A program made the translations under genes and the position numbers. A DNA stretch of 64,000 nucleotides from Eledone cirrhosa. Taxonomy: Eukaryota. The DNA lies in assembly GCA_964016885.1 (NCBI GenBank), contig OZ024747.1, positions 45,198,001 to 45,262,000 on the forward strand. Direction: 5' to 3'. The notes beneath the pieces are model-generated. The model saw nothing but the letters and a program-made list of their open reading frames with translations. It searched no databases and was not told where the DNA came from. This document shows positions 37,546 through 51,380 of the stretch, in pieces (position 1 is the stretch's first letter; each line of letters opens with the position of its first letter).

Positions 37546-40488
37546 TAGCCTATGTCATTTCTTTAACTATTAAAGGTGAACTTGTTGATTCAAATGTTTG
37601 TATTATCTTTACTAATGGTCAGACTGTTGCAAACTTTTACAGCAGTAGAGCCAAGACTTTAGATTTTAATGTGATCCAGTCATAGTGTTGTTTAATACTT
37701 TTCAAGAGTGTCTTGCTAATGAAGTTTCATGTGGTTTGTTAATTTAAACGTTTATAATATTTTTACTAATGAAATTGTACAGTATTTTAATCGAACTGCT
37801 GTTTTGTGCTAATAAAGAATGTTTATTAAGAAAATAGCTTATTTCGAAGCTATTTTCAACAAGACAGGAAAACAACAGAGAACTGAGTGAATTGTGTGTT
37901 ATGTTGGTTTGCGTGAATGTAATAGTAATATGACCAGATGCATGAACTAACCTTAATCGAAGTAGTCCAACCCTGTCAACTGGGCTAAAGTGTTTGTTTA
38001 AACACTACATCTCTCTACTGCTTGAGCAACTCCAAGTATATCGTTCTCTTCCGAGAAATCAAAGTGGAATGATTTAGAGAAAAACTTATCTCATTTTAAC
38101 CTCAAGTTGTCCAGTCTCTCCAGACTAATGGTGCCAACCTGAGATAAAGAGAAACATCTCTGCCATGTGGTTAGGGGATCAAATTTTCGGTAGCCTCTTT
38201 ATAGGCAGAATGAAACCCTATTTCAGAGAGTACTGCTACATATGTATGCATTTATATACATGTATATATATATATATATATATGTATATAAATGCACACA
38301 CAAATATTGTTTATATTTTATATATATATATATATATGTATATATATACATATATACACACGTACACACAAATATTGTTTTTATATCATCATCATCATCA
38401 TTTCATGCGCACACAAATATTGTTTGTATATATATATATATATATATATATATGGGAGTGGGGGTCCATGCACATGTGTGTTTGTGTGGTCTTAACTTCA
38501 TTATATTCTGGAAGAGGTGAAGATGAAAAACTTAAAGAAGATGATCACTTTCAAAGACTATATTTCCTCCTCAAAACTTTTATCTCCATAAAATTTCTTT
38601 GTGATTTTAAAGTAGATTATTGAGTATGAACCGATAACAGGTAAACAAAAGAAGTGTATGGTGGTGAAATGTTCTGGGCTTGACAGAATCACGGACAGAT
38701 TGACAAGCAGAGTCAAATAATATAGCCTGAAACCAGCAATGTGTGGCAAGTATCAGATCAAAAGTATTTCTGCAAGTCGTTGATAAGTAAAAGATGATTA
38801 ACTATAATGCGTTTTGAAAAGCAATCTTTTTCCATTTTAAATTGGTTCTAATATGGAGAGGGCATTCGAACTCTCGAGAAATACGTATTTGGTGTAAGGT
38901 ATTGTTGATGAAGTAGAAGTGTAAAAGATACATTCTCTATCAATGCTATTTAGACAATTATAATGGCAGATATCCACATACTTTTGTTACGCTGTTTAAC
39001 CATTATCTTCAGTTAGCTGCAGCCAATGTTATAGACATCAGCCTGAAGCTATCCAGGAAAAACAGTTCAGAGTCCATTTAATACTATTTATTATATGCCT
39101 TGCATCCTTGTTGACCGAAATGTCTTACTATTTTGTTGTCAATAATAAAGTTGATGAAGCTTATTCTTTTGTACAGTTGATAATAAAGGAAAATAAATTA
39201 TAGAACAAGACAATATTATTTAGATGATCCAATAGACCTGCAAAACAATGGACATTTAATTTAGCTTCAAATGTAATAGAATATATAAATGTTAACTTTG
39301 TTGAGCTAACAAGATTCTAGGTTATCTAAAAGGGTTTCAGATAAAAATATATTCTTATAATAGACAATAAGGCATTATTATGTGCTGCTGTATGTTAACC
39401 CAGAGTTTAGACTGATAGAATAGTATTAATAACTTGTTTGTTGATGTATTGCATATAAACCTCCAACAGATAGAATCTGAAAAGACATCTGATTCAAATT
39501 ACATTTGTTTGAAGCAATGGAAAATAGTTTGTAGGATATCAAGCTCTTTATAAACTATAAATCAGGAATATCAGATTCGTTTTTATCATGATGCTCTAGA
39601 TAAACACACACAACTGGTCAGAGGTATGCAAGTAGAGAAATAAAACTGAAGATTATAGTTTGATAAAATGAAGTGTTTATATAAATTTAATAATAGGTGT
39701 TGAGGTTTATGGTAGATAAACTCATAATTACAAATCATATTGATGGTGTTATTCCCCTCATCGCCAGTTCATGTCTTATCAAGCTATGATATACATTTTA
39801 AGGCCATTTTCTCCAGTAAAGCAGGTGTTGGCTTTGTGGGCTCCGTGACAGTACTCATGAGGTACTGTTTAAGGTTGCATGAGGTACTGTTTTAGATTTT
39901 GTCTGTATAAAGGGCCAAAACAATTGCTTGGATGGAGTTTCTTTTCTGAAGACCTTCTGCTGTCTAGCTCACCTAGGAGTTTCTTATCCCTACTGCTTAA
40001 CTATAAAAACAAGTAGGGTTATATATTTTATTGGCAGCTTAAATTTCATAAATTGTTACATTTTCTTTTTTTTTAGAGCAATTATGTTATTAGCCATGCT
40101 GGGATGAATTGAACATGTTATTACAGACCAATAGAGTACTTAATCAGAGAGACACTACTGTCCTTCCAAATGTGTCAAAAGCTGCAGCTTGCCTACATAT
40201 GTTCTACTTTGGCTGGATGCCCTTTCTAATTCCAACAATTTAAAAAATTGTACTGAATGCATTTTAACATGACACCAGCTCTATGACATTGACATGTCCT
40301 TGTCACAACTGAGCAGTCCTCCCAACGGTTTGCTCTGTGCGATGTCTCTGGGTGTATATGCTTCCTACTTTACAGTGTGTATATTATCATTGCACTAACC
40401 TTAGAGAGGGTGTCATATCCTTTACCTGATTGTATGTTTTTTTTAAAAAACAAGTCTATTCTTTATAACCATCTGAAATAGCATATCT

Positions 40489-40855
40489 TCATCATCATCA
40501 TCATTTCATTTTACGTCCGCTTTTCCCTGCTTGCAAGGGTGGGACGGGAACTGATTCTGGCTTGATTTCTACAGCTGGATGCCCTTCCTAACACCAACCT
40601 CATTTACAGTGAGTGCTGGGTGCTGTTCTTCCGTGGTGCCTACACGTCCACTTTACAGTGTGGGCTGGGTGCTTTTTTGCCATGGCACCTCCACGACCAC
40701 TTTGCAGTGGAATGATAGGGACTCCAGTCCCTATCATCTCATTTCTACAGCTGAGTAAACTGGAGCAATGTGAAATAAAGTGTCTTGCCCAAGGAAACAA
40801 CACATCACCCGGTCTGAGAATTGAACTCACAACCTTTCGATTGCAAGGCCAATGC

Positions 40856-40859
<4 letters not shown>
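40489..40859 (-). mobile_element. SINE family 1
   Basis: Matches 11258-11602, head slightly truncated. Confidence 0.9.
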
Positions 40860-40898
<39 letters not shown>

Positions 40899-41089
40899 TT
40901 ATCTGAGTGTCCCGAATCTTCCGTAATCGCAAATTTTCGATCGTGCGGTTGATTATAGACTTGTTCTGTGTGTGACGGTATTTTAACGATAGTTATAGCT
41001 CTGATTTATCTAAATCAGTGAGCACTCTGCCGCTCATATCGAATTTTGTTTATCGTGAACTCGTACGCCGATTTTTCGATACTCGATCA

Positions 41090-41130
<41 letters not shown>

Positions 41131-41300
41131 AATTTATATCTAGTAACATTTATATACACACAGATGCATATCAATGCTAGCAACAAATATATAGGTTTTG
41201 TCTTATTAACAATGTGGTTCAATGCATGGGGTTGCAGAACAATAATATGAGAGACGTAAAATAAGAAAATTATAAAATTAACTTACTTACTAAAAAATCA

Positions 41301-41381
41301 CTTCCAACTAATTAGTTTCTGGAATGGAGTAAATATATTTTCCGAAGAAACACATAGAAAATCATTCCGTCATCAGGAAAG
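41301..41381 (-). ncRNA. Type I hammerhead motif with long stem II loop
   Basis: ctttc-CTGATGA-c ggaatg...cattcc a-GAAA-ctaattag-TT-ggaag. Confidence 0.75.
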
Positions 41382-41730
41382 TCTTTTTCCGTATAGGTCT
41401 CCAGGCATAGCGAGGACACTGGAAACTTATTAAAAAAATAATTCAGTGGAATGGAAATAGCAAAGCGTGGACTGGATTCCAAACCATTGAGAAAATCACT
41501 GCCTCCTCGTCTGTGGCAAATTCAAAAAGAATCAATCACGTGACATCGAGGTCAATCAGTGGAAAGCGAGTGGTTATTAAGACAGCGGCCAGCTTACTAC
41601 CATAGTAGCAGTCATGGCCAAATATTGCTCGACAAATGAATTGGAGATAATTATAAGGAATTTATATCTAGTAACATTTATATACACACAGATGCATATC
41701 AATGCTAGCAAATATATATATATATATATA

Positions 41731-42118
<388 letters not shown>

Positions 42119-43376
42119 CATATTGTCTATATCTCACAGACTCTAAGAATTTGTATTATCATAACCAAAATTAACAAAGGTTCTTATATAAAGTTTTGAT
42201 GGGAGGTTTTTAGATAAATATAAACACTTTAAAATAAAGAGATTCGTATTGTAGAAAAAGGTGTAGCTTTAGGCAGATTGGTATGAAAATGGTTAAATGA
42301 ATTATATTCTGAGAAGATTCCGTAGTTTTTACCTAATAAATTTGACTTGATTTTCAGTGCATCATATATATATATGTCTATATATAAATATATATGATAG
42401 ACTGTATAGACATATATATATAGACATATATATAGACATATATATGTATATATATATATGTCTATATATATATGATAGACTGTATAGACATATATATAGA
42501 CATATATATGTATATATATACGTCTATATATATATATGTCTATATATATGTATATATATATGTCTATATATATATGTATATATATATGTATATATATAGT
42601 ATATTGGTAAAGATAAGAAAAGCTCTATACACACACACATATATATATATTATATATATAAATTTAGTCTTCGCATTTATTATTATTACTATATAGTTGG
42701 CATACTAATTTCATGAATATTGAGTTCATTCCATTGATTTTGCTGAATAAATTTTGTGTGTGTGATTTTAAAAGGATAATGCATGTATGTTTATCTTGAT
42801 GTGTGTCTTGTGTTGCCTGTTATATTTAAGAAAATTTAGAGAATAGAAATAATTATGGGAAATTCTTCATTCTACCCCCCCACCCCCCCACTCATACACT
42901 CATGTACACAATTACACATGCATATATGCGTACACAAACATTACCTCCTACTACAACCAACCACACTGCAACACCACCCAATAAATATTTATTCTGTATA
43001 CTGGTAATTCCTATTTGTTTCATTATACAGAATAATTTCTTGTATTTAGCAAATAATTTCTGTTGATAAATTGTGATTTGGTATCTCTCACTCACCTTAA
43101 CCTGTGTCAAAAATTATTGATGCATTTTTCTCAGTGAACTTATATCTAATTCACCTCAGGTATTAGAAGTTTAGAATGATTTCCTCACCTATGTAAGCAA
43201 TACTATATACTCATGTCCTCCACCATCAAATATATCATACACCTTAGAACACTTATCTCTATCTTTCTACTTAGATTCTTTAACAACTGACCTTTGCCCC
43301 AGGCACAAAAAAATACATCCTGTCATTGTGTTTGTACCAGCTCGACCTCCACACCAACAAAACATTTTCCTTTAAT

Positions 43377-43440
<64 letters not shown>

Positions 43441-43556
43441 CTATATATATATATATTATGCACCTATTTATATATATATTATGCACCTATATATATATAT
43501 ATATATACACAGACACCTATATATATATATTACACACCCATATATATATACAGACA

Positions 43557-43605
<49 letters not shown>

Positions 43606-43625
43606 CTATATATATACATTACACA

Positions 43626-43665
<40 letters not shown>

Positions 43666-44245
43666 CAGACACCTATATATATACATTACACACCTATATA
43701 TATATACACATAATGCAGTCTGGGATCTTGTCAATCGTTATGATTTGATATGTATATATATATATACATATATATATATACATATATATATATACATATA
43801 TACATATATACATATACATTATATATATATATATATATACATATACATTATATATATATATATACATATACATATATACATATACATTATATATATATAT
43901 ACATATACATATATACATATACATTATATATATATATATACATATACATATACATAATATATATACATTATATATAGATATACATATACATATATACATA
44001 TACATTATATATACATATATATACATACATATACATAATATATATATATACATACATATACATTATATATATATATACATATACATTATATATATATATA
44101 TATACATATACATTATATATCATCATCATCATCACCGTTTTACGTCCGTGATGATCATGATGTATATGTATATATGTATATATATATATATGTATATATG
44201 TATATATATATATATATGTATATCTGTATATATATATATATATGT

Positions 44246-44298
<53 letters not shown>

Positions 44299-44710
44299 CC
44301 CATATACACACATACACATAATATATATATACATATACACATACATACATACATACATATATATATAATGTTTATACATATAGACCCTCTCTTACACACA
44401 CCTGTGTGTGTGTGTGTGTGTGTGGAGGGGGAAACTTTCATTGTTCTCTTTTAGCTTGGTTGACCTGATAACTACTAACAATGTATTAATAATGAGGAAG
44501 ATCATAGAAGGCCTTAGTTAATAGCAGGCAACATCCCTGCCCTCTCTCTACCTTTCGTGCCCAGCCTATTTCACTCCTTCTAACAATACTATCACCAAAC
44601 CACCCGCACTCTCCAATTTGCTGAAGGAATTCTCTTTTGCCGTGTATATTACACATTGTGGCCTTGAAATGTGGTAGAAATTACTTGAGACAATAGACTA
44701 AAGGAATAAA

Positions 44711-44826
44711 TAATTGTATCTACTTTTGGCACAAGGCCAGCAATTACCCAGTGCATTACTGGTACTTTATTTTATCGACCCCGTAAGGATGAAAGGCAAA
44801 GTTAACCTCGGCGGGAGTTGAACTCG
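44711..44826 (-). mobile_element. SINE family 2, truncated
   Basis: Matches the other family 2 copies. Confidence 0.85.
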
Positions 44827-44827
44827 G

Positions 44828-45066
44828 CAAGTTAAGGCAGATAGCTCTGCGGATAGCTGTGGACATACAGTTAGCACATTCCGGCCCCTCACTGCATGGA
44901 TACCAGTCTAAAGAGCAATCGAGAGATAGTAACAATCAATGCTCACTGACTAACTGCCCAATCCACGATACAGGTATGTGCCAGCAGACATGTGGTATAC
45001 CAGATTGAATGCAACAAATGTAAGGAGTTCTACATTGGTAGCACAACTTGAGCCCTTCACACTCAC
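44828..45066 (+). pseudogene. Penelope-like linker + GIY-YIG endonuclease N-terminal fragment
   Basis: Manual translation ..QLAHSGPSL..QCSLTNCPIHDTGMCQQT/(frameshift)VVYQIECNKCKEFYIGSTT*ALHTH. Confidence 0.8.
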
Positions 45067-45402
45067 ATCATCATCATCATTTTACGTCCGCTTTTCCCTG
45101 CTTGCAAGGGTGGGACGGGAACTGATTCTGGCTTGATTTCTACAGCTGGATGCCCTTCCTAACACCAACCTCATTTACAGTGAGTGCTGGGTGCTTTTTT
45201 GCCGTGGCACCTCCACGACCACTTTGCAATGGAATGATAGGGACCCCAGTCCCTATCATCTCATTTCTACAGCTGAGTAAACTGGAGCAATGTGAAATAA
45301 AGTGTCTTGCTCAAGGAAACAACACATCACCCGGTCTGAGAATTGAACTCACAACCTTTCGATTGCAAGGTCAATGCTCTAACCAATAAGCCATGTGCCT
45401 CC
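45067..45402 (-). mobile_element. SINE family 1, full length
   Basis: Matches 11258-11602. Confidence 0.9.
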
Positions 45403-45573
45403 ATATATGTATATAAATATATATATATATATATATAAATATATATATATGTATATAAATATATATATATATATATAAATATATATATATATTAAATGTA
45501 TAAATTGAGTTAGGAACTCAAAATAGTCTCTTACAACAAAACAGCTCTAAGAAAGAGATATTTCTGAACCGTA

Positions 45574-46080
45574 TATTATAATAGAATATAAAAGAAAAGC
45601 AAACACAGACATATACATATATGTGTTCAAACCTGATGTGCTAAGGTGAAAAGAATACTAACTATAGACAATTTGGGTTCGCTTGTTTTAATTTAAGAAA
45701 AAAATTAAGAAAATAATTACAAACCGGGTTTGTCAGGTTTGTGTGGCTTTGTGAGACTCGCTAGGATGCCATGTGCGCTGTTTTATTTTTATATATAGCA
45801 TACGTAGATGTGTCTAGGATACTAATTTATCACCCACTGATGAGCTTGGATTAGTATTTCTATTCACAATTAATTTTGCAAAACAACAAGTTGTCCGGGT
45901 GATTGGTAGTTACCACAATTCCGGTTTGTATTTATTTTCATACTTTTTTCTTAAATTGAGACAAGCGAACCCAATTGTCTATAGTTAGTATTCTTTTTGC
46001 CTTAGCGAATCAGGTCCCTTACGATTTGAGCACATATATGTATATATCTGTGTTCGCTTTTCTTTTATATTCTATTATAT
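45574..46080. mobile_element. Non-coding cassette with about 150-bp diverged inverted arms around a hammerhead motif
   Basis: 45574-45727 vs 45921-46080 (e.g. aagaatactaactatagacaatt/aattgtctatagttagtattctt). Confidence 0.75.
45829..45903 (+). ncRNA. Decayed type I hammerhead motif
   Basis: atcaccc a-CTGATGA-gc...gc-AAAA (for GAAA)-caac aa gttg-TC-c gggtgat. Confidence 0.65.
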
Positions 46081-46110
46081 ATATATATGTGTGTATATAT
46101 ATGCATATAT

Positions 46111-49100
46111 ATCATCATCATCATCATCATCATTTTATGTCCGCTTTTCCCTGCTTGCAAGGGTGGGACGGGTCTTATTCAGCACAGCATCTCTCCACTC
46201 GTCACGGTCCTTTGTCATCTCCACCGTGAGCTTCAACGATCTTAGGTCTGTTCTCACCACCTCTGCCCATGTTTTTTGTGGTCTACCTCTACCACATCTT
46301 CCTTCAACTGGCATTTCCTGGCACTTCTTCACCCATCGGTCATCCTCCATGCGCATCACATGTCCATACCACCACAGTCTCCTCTCCCGTACACTACATT
46401 CTATCCCTCTCAGACACAGTTTCTCTCTCAACACATTCATGCTCGGTTGTTCACGCACATTGACATTGCACATCCAACGGAGAATGCTTGCCTCATTTCT
46501 CTCTAGCCATCGCATATCCTCTGCAGTTTCTGCCCATGTCTGACTACCATGCAGCATCGCGCTCCTCATACAGGCATCATACAACCGGCCTTTTGTACGC
46601 AGGGAGAAACTCTTCTTCGTCAGCAGAGGAAGCAGTTCCCTAAACTTCTTCCAACCCGTCCTTATTCTAGATACTATGGCCTCGGAACACCCTCCTCCCA
46701 TGCTAATCTGTTCTCCTAGGCACCGGAAGCTATCCACCACTTCTATAGCGCCCTCCTGCATTTGAAAAATGTGTCTTTCAATGCAACTTCTACTGTCTAA
46801 TTTCCCTGTACATCTACTGCATACATATTTCTCCCTACCTGTTAGTTTGCCTGCTATCCTGCTACATCTCTTGTGTACCCAGGATCTGCATTGTGTGCAT
46901 TTTATAGAATTTATACCAGTTCCTTTTCTGCATATCGAACATGGCCATTTCCCAGATGGAATCAGAGTTTTGTCCTCTTTTCTACTCATCAACACTTTTG
47001 TCTTAGCTAGGTTCACTCTCAATCCTCTTGCTTCCAACTACCAGAATTCCATAGCCAGAATTTATTCTCTAGCTCCTCTACTGATTCTGCTATAAGAACC
47101 AGATCTTCAGCATAGAGAAGTTCCCATGGACAGCCAGTCTTAAACTCCTCTGTTATGGCTTGGAGGACTATAATGAACAAGAGCGGGCTTAAAGACCGAA
47201 CCCTGATGTACTCCTACTTGTATCTGGAATTCCTCACTAAACTCCATTCCTACCCTGACTTTACTGAGAGTACCTCTGTACAAAGTTTGCACTGTCCTCA
47301 CAAGCCATTCCTCAACACCTAGCTTCCTTAGGCACCACCAGATGACAGATCGGGGTACCCTATCAAAGGCCTTCTCTAGGTCAACAATTGTTAAGTATAG
47401 TGGCTTATTTTTCTCTAAGAACCTCTCTTGCAATTGTCTCACCAAGAAGAGGGCATCTGTTGTACTCTTCCCAGGCACAAAACCAAACTGCATCTCATCT
47501 AATTTGACCCTTTCTCTAATTAGTTGTGCTAAAATCCTTTCTGCCACTTTCATAACCTGATCTATCAGTTTTATACCCCTATAATTGCTCCTCTCCAGAG
47601 CATCCCCTTTACCTTTATAGCAATTTATGAGAATACTGCAGCACCAGTCTTTGGGTATGACACCACCATATATAGCCTGATTGATGATGCGTGCAACCAG
47701 TTAAGTGCCTACGGCCCCTGATGCCTTCAGCATCTCAGCAACTATACCTGATGGTCCAGCAGCCTTACCATTTTTCATTTACTTAATCGCCTCTTGGACC
47801 CTATATTCGTCAATCTCAATAGCTGGTCCCTCTGTCGGATCTACTAAGGGTAAGTTATCTCTCTCCCAATCGTTCTCCACATTCATCAGTCTCTCATAAT
47901 GACATTTCCAGGCCTCCTTTTTCTGATCATTCGTAACACTAAGTACACCGGCATCATCCCGGACACATTTATCTCCAACAACATCCTGATTTGCATTGAC
48001 ACACTGCCTTGCAATGTGGAACCCCACACACCTCTGATCTTCCCATTGCAGAACATTGGCAAACCTCCTACTCTCCGCCTCCCCGACGTCTAGCTTCTCT
48101 CTTAGTAGCTGTATATTCTTCCCTACTCCCACCCTTTTTCCAACCTTCCATGCTAGTATTTTGTCTCTAATGGCCATATCTACTGTGCTGTTCCACCACC
48201 AGGTCACTCTCTGTCTGGTTAGAGCTCTGCTTCAGCCACAAGTTTCATCAGTAGCCTGCAGCAAGTTGTCACATAAGAAATTCCAGTTATTATCGATGTC
48301 ATATGTCTCTAAATCGTCTTCTTTTTCGTCATATACATCTTGAAGGGCTTTCCTAAATTTGTATTTTAGTGAAAGGTCTTTTAGCTTCCAGACCTTTCTT
48401 CTCCACACCTTCCTGTATATCTCATTCCATCTCTTGCTTACTGAGATATCACTAACGACTAACCTATGCTGTGGGGTACATTCTTCCCCAGGGTATGCCT
48501 CGGTATTAGACACTATCTGCCTGTCCTACTGCCTAACTAGTAAGAAGTCAATCTGGCTTATGTGCTTGCCAGATTTGTAGGTTATTACATGATTGGCAGG
48601 TTTCTGGAAGTTTGTGTTGCAAATAGTCAGTGTACCTGCATCACAAAATTCAAGAAGTCTCACTCCTTCTTCATTTCTTGAGCCGTAACCGTGCCTGCCA
48701 TGCACCCCAGTGTAACCATCTTGGAGCTGTCCAACATGACCATTGAAATCTCCTGCTAGCATAACGATGTCTCCGTCCTCTGTCATTGTGGTTGTTTGTA
48801 AAAGTTGCTCGTAAAAGCAGTCTTTCTCATATTTGCCTAGGCCTGCTTGGGGAGCATAATCAGAGATGATTTTCAGTAGTCTCCTGCCTACAACTAATCT
48901 AAGCTTAATTATTCGATTACTAACTCGAACTATTGTCTTATTGATCCATCTCTCATCCAGGAAAATGCCTACTCCCCCTAACCCATCATCCTTACCTACC
49001 CAGAAAAGCTTATAGCTAAGATGTTTGCCTATGGATAGTCTCGCAGAGGCACCTCTCCATCTCACCTCTTGCACGCAGCACACATCCACATGCCTTCTCT

Positions 49101-49258
49101 CCAGCATCTCCGCTATTTCAGCAGATCTACCTCTGAGAGTGCCAACATTAAGTGTTGCAACTCTGAGATGTGACATCTTCATACTTTGTTGTTGTTCCTA
49201 TTTGTTGCTGTGCTGATAAGCGTTTTGGCATTGATACACTGGTTGGATGCCCTTCCTA
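46111..49258 (-). mobile_element. Near full-length decayed RTE LINE (family B)
   Basis: ORF pieces 48526-49182 (APE), 48232-48513, 47779-48207, 47140-47553 (RT), 46135-47037 (finger + C-terminus); (CAT)n tail. Confidence 0.93.
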
Positions 49259-49260
49259 TG

Positions 49261-49350
<90 letters not shown>

Positions 49351-49401
49351 AAATAAATTAAAATAAATAAGTCAAATGTTTAAAATTTAGCTTCATTTAT
49401 T

Positions 49402-49456
49402 ACTGCTATATATATTTCGGAGACAGCCATCTTTGGCTGTGACCTCTTCAGGCAGC
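49402..49456 (-). ncRNA. Type I hammerhead ribozyme motif
   Basis: gctgc-CTGAAGA-ggtcacagcca aaga tggctgtctcc-GAAA-tatata-TA-gcagt. Confidence 0.8.
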
Positions 49457-49632
49457 CCGAATTAATGTGATATATACAAGTACAAATGTTGTTGATGTGT
49501 ATAACTTTGTCAATACTCTGATATGCCCAGTTCCTGGTTGGGTTGTTATTTCACTGAGGAACTGGAATCATATTATGATTCCAGTTAAACACATCAACAG
49601 CATATGTACTTGTCTATACCACACTAATTCGG

Positions 49633-49687
49633 ACTGCCTGAAGAGGTCACAGCCAAAGATGGCTGTCACCGAAATATATATAGCAGT
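49633..49687 (+). ncRNA. Type I hammerhead ribozyme motif, canonical core
   Basis: actgc-CTGAAGA-ggt c acagcca aaga tggctgt c acc-GAAA-tatata-TA-gcagt, then AATAAA 49688-49693. Confidence 0.88.
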
Positions 49688-50245
49688 AATAAACGAAGCT
49701 AAATTTTAAACATTTGACTTATTTATTTTATTTTATTTTACATTACTCCGGAGTAACCAAACCAACCTGCGCACTTCGTCGAGTGCTCCAATCTGCATAC
49801 TGAGGTGTTGGTATACAACCAACATATACTCAAAATATATATATATATGTATATATAAAATTGCAGTCATCTTACTTGTGCCTTAACCTTTCTGTTACCC
49901 ATCTCATATTCTGAATTAGGTCAATAATAACATGACACTATGTTCAAAAGGCTAAATTAATATACAGCAGGGATTAATTTCAAATAGTATCAATTTTTTT
50001 CTGCATTCTGTAAAATCAAAGACTGGTGTAAAATGACTTCATAAAAATAAAAAAAAATTAGAATTGTATTTCTCGCCCTAGCACAGCTGATACATAAATG
50101 TAAATATGCACACACACACACACACATATATATATACTCTTTTACCTCTCTTTTACCTGTTTCAGCCATCCGGCTGAGGCCATGCTGGGGCACCGCCCTT
50201 TACATATATACATATATACGTATGGGTTATATCAAACATTAATAA

Positions 50246-50431
50246 TTGTTTCTACTTTAGGCACAAGGCCAGCAATTACCCAGTTCATTACTGGTACTTT
50301 ATTTTATCGACCCCGTAAGGATGAAAGGCAAAGTCAACCTCGGCGGGATTTGAACTCAGATCGTAAAGGGACGTAACTATGCTGGAAAGCATGGCGTCCG
50401 ACCCTCTACCAATACTGCCAATCCACCGCCC
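50246..50431 (-). mobile_element. SINE family 2, full length, with TSD
   Basis: TSD atcaaacattaataat on both sides. Confidence 0.9.
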
Positions 50432-50544
50432 ATCAAACATTAATAATAATGTTCAATTCGTTTGTAAACAAATGGCCCGATTGGAAGCTCTACTGTGCCG
50501 GTGACCAATTGTCACCTGTTTGTTCAACACTGGCTTTGAGGAAC

Positions 50545-50583
50545 AATCAACATGTTTCTGGGTCATTACCCTTCATCAGGACT
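50545..50583 (-). ncRNA. Minimal type I hammerhead motif
   Basis: agtc-CTGATGA-a gggt aatg accc a-GAAA-catg-TT-gatt. Confidence 0.7.
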
Positions 50584-50857
50584 GTATACCTCTGCCAGTC
50601 TGTTGAACGGTTGAAAATATATAGTATTTTCTTAAGTACATATCAGCTGAGTTACGGCTGGCCTTGCTGAATATTAAAAATAAAATTAGAATTTTATTTC
50701 TCGCCCTAGCACAGCTGATACATAAATGTATGTATGGACATGTACACATATATATATATACATACACACACTTATATACATATACATATGTACATATGGG
50801 TTATATTGAGCATTAATAATAATGTTCGATTCGTTTGTAAAGTTTGTTGTGACCCAT

Positions 50858-51260
50858 ATCATCATCATCATCGTTTAACATCCATCTGCTATGCTGGCAT
50901 GGGTTGGACAGTTTTGCTTCACTTGAGGTGGGATTGGTTGGGAGACTGTGTCTCGCTCATATAGAACTGTCCCTGGCAGGTTTTCTACGGCTGGATGCCT
51001 TCTTAACACCAACCACATTTACTGTGTGGACTGGGAGCCTTTTTACCGTGTCTCCTACATGACCCCTTTACAGTGTGGACTGGGTGCTTTCTGTCGTGTC
51101 CCCGACATGACCACTTTACAGTGGATGGAAATGGAAGGGTTGGATGGGTGTATATTGGGTTAAGAGGTGTCTACTGACTGTAGGTTTAAGTTTGTATGAA
51201 AGGGAAGGCAGGTCTTCTGTACAACTGCATAGCACCAAAGATCTCAATCCAGTGACATAA
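50858..51260 (-). mobile_element. RTE 3' fragment (27458-related, diverged)
   Basis: Similar to 27458-27900. Confidence 0.8.
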
Positions 51261-51306
51261 TTATCGTTGTTTAACTTCCATTTTCCACGCTAGCATGGAT
51301 TGTATG

Positions 51307-51380
<74 letters not shown>

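Larger units (their letters stand above)
49361..49729. repeat. Inverted repeat, about 145-bp arms, each carrying a hammerhead
   Basis: 49361-49506 vs 49581-49729. Confidence 0.9.

Noticed and set aside
38150-38240. AMWLGDQIFGSL resembles the actin-family C-terminal WxGGSI motif
   Set aside because: Only about 10 residues, the GGS core is not matched, and there is no flanking homology or clear splice site
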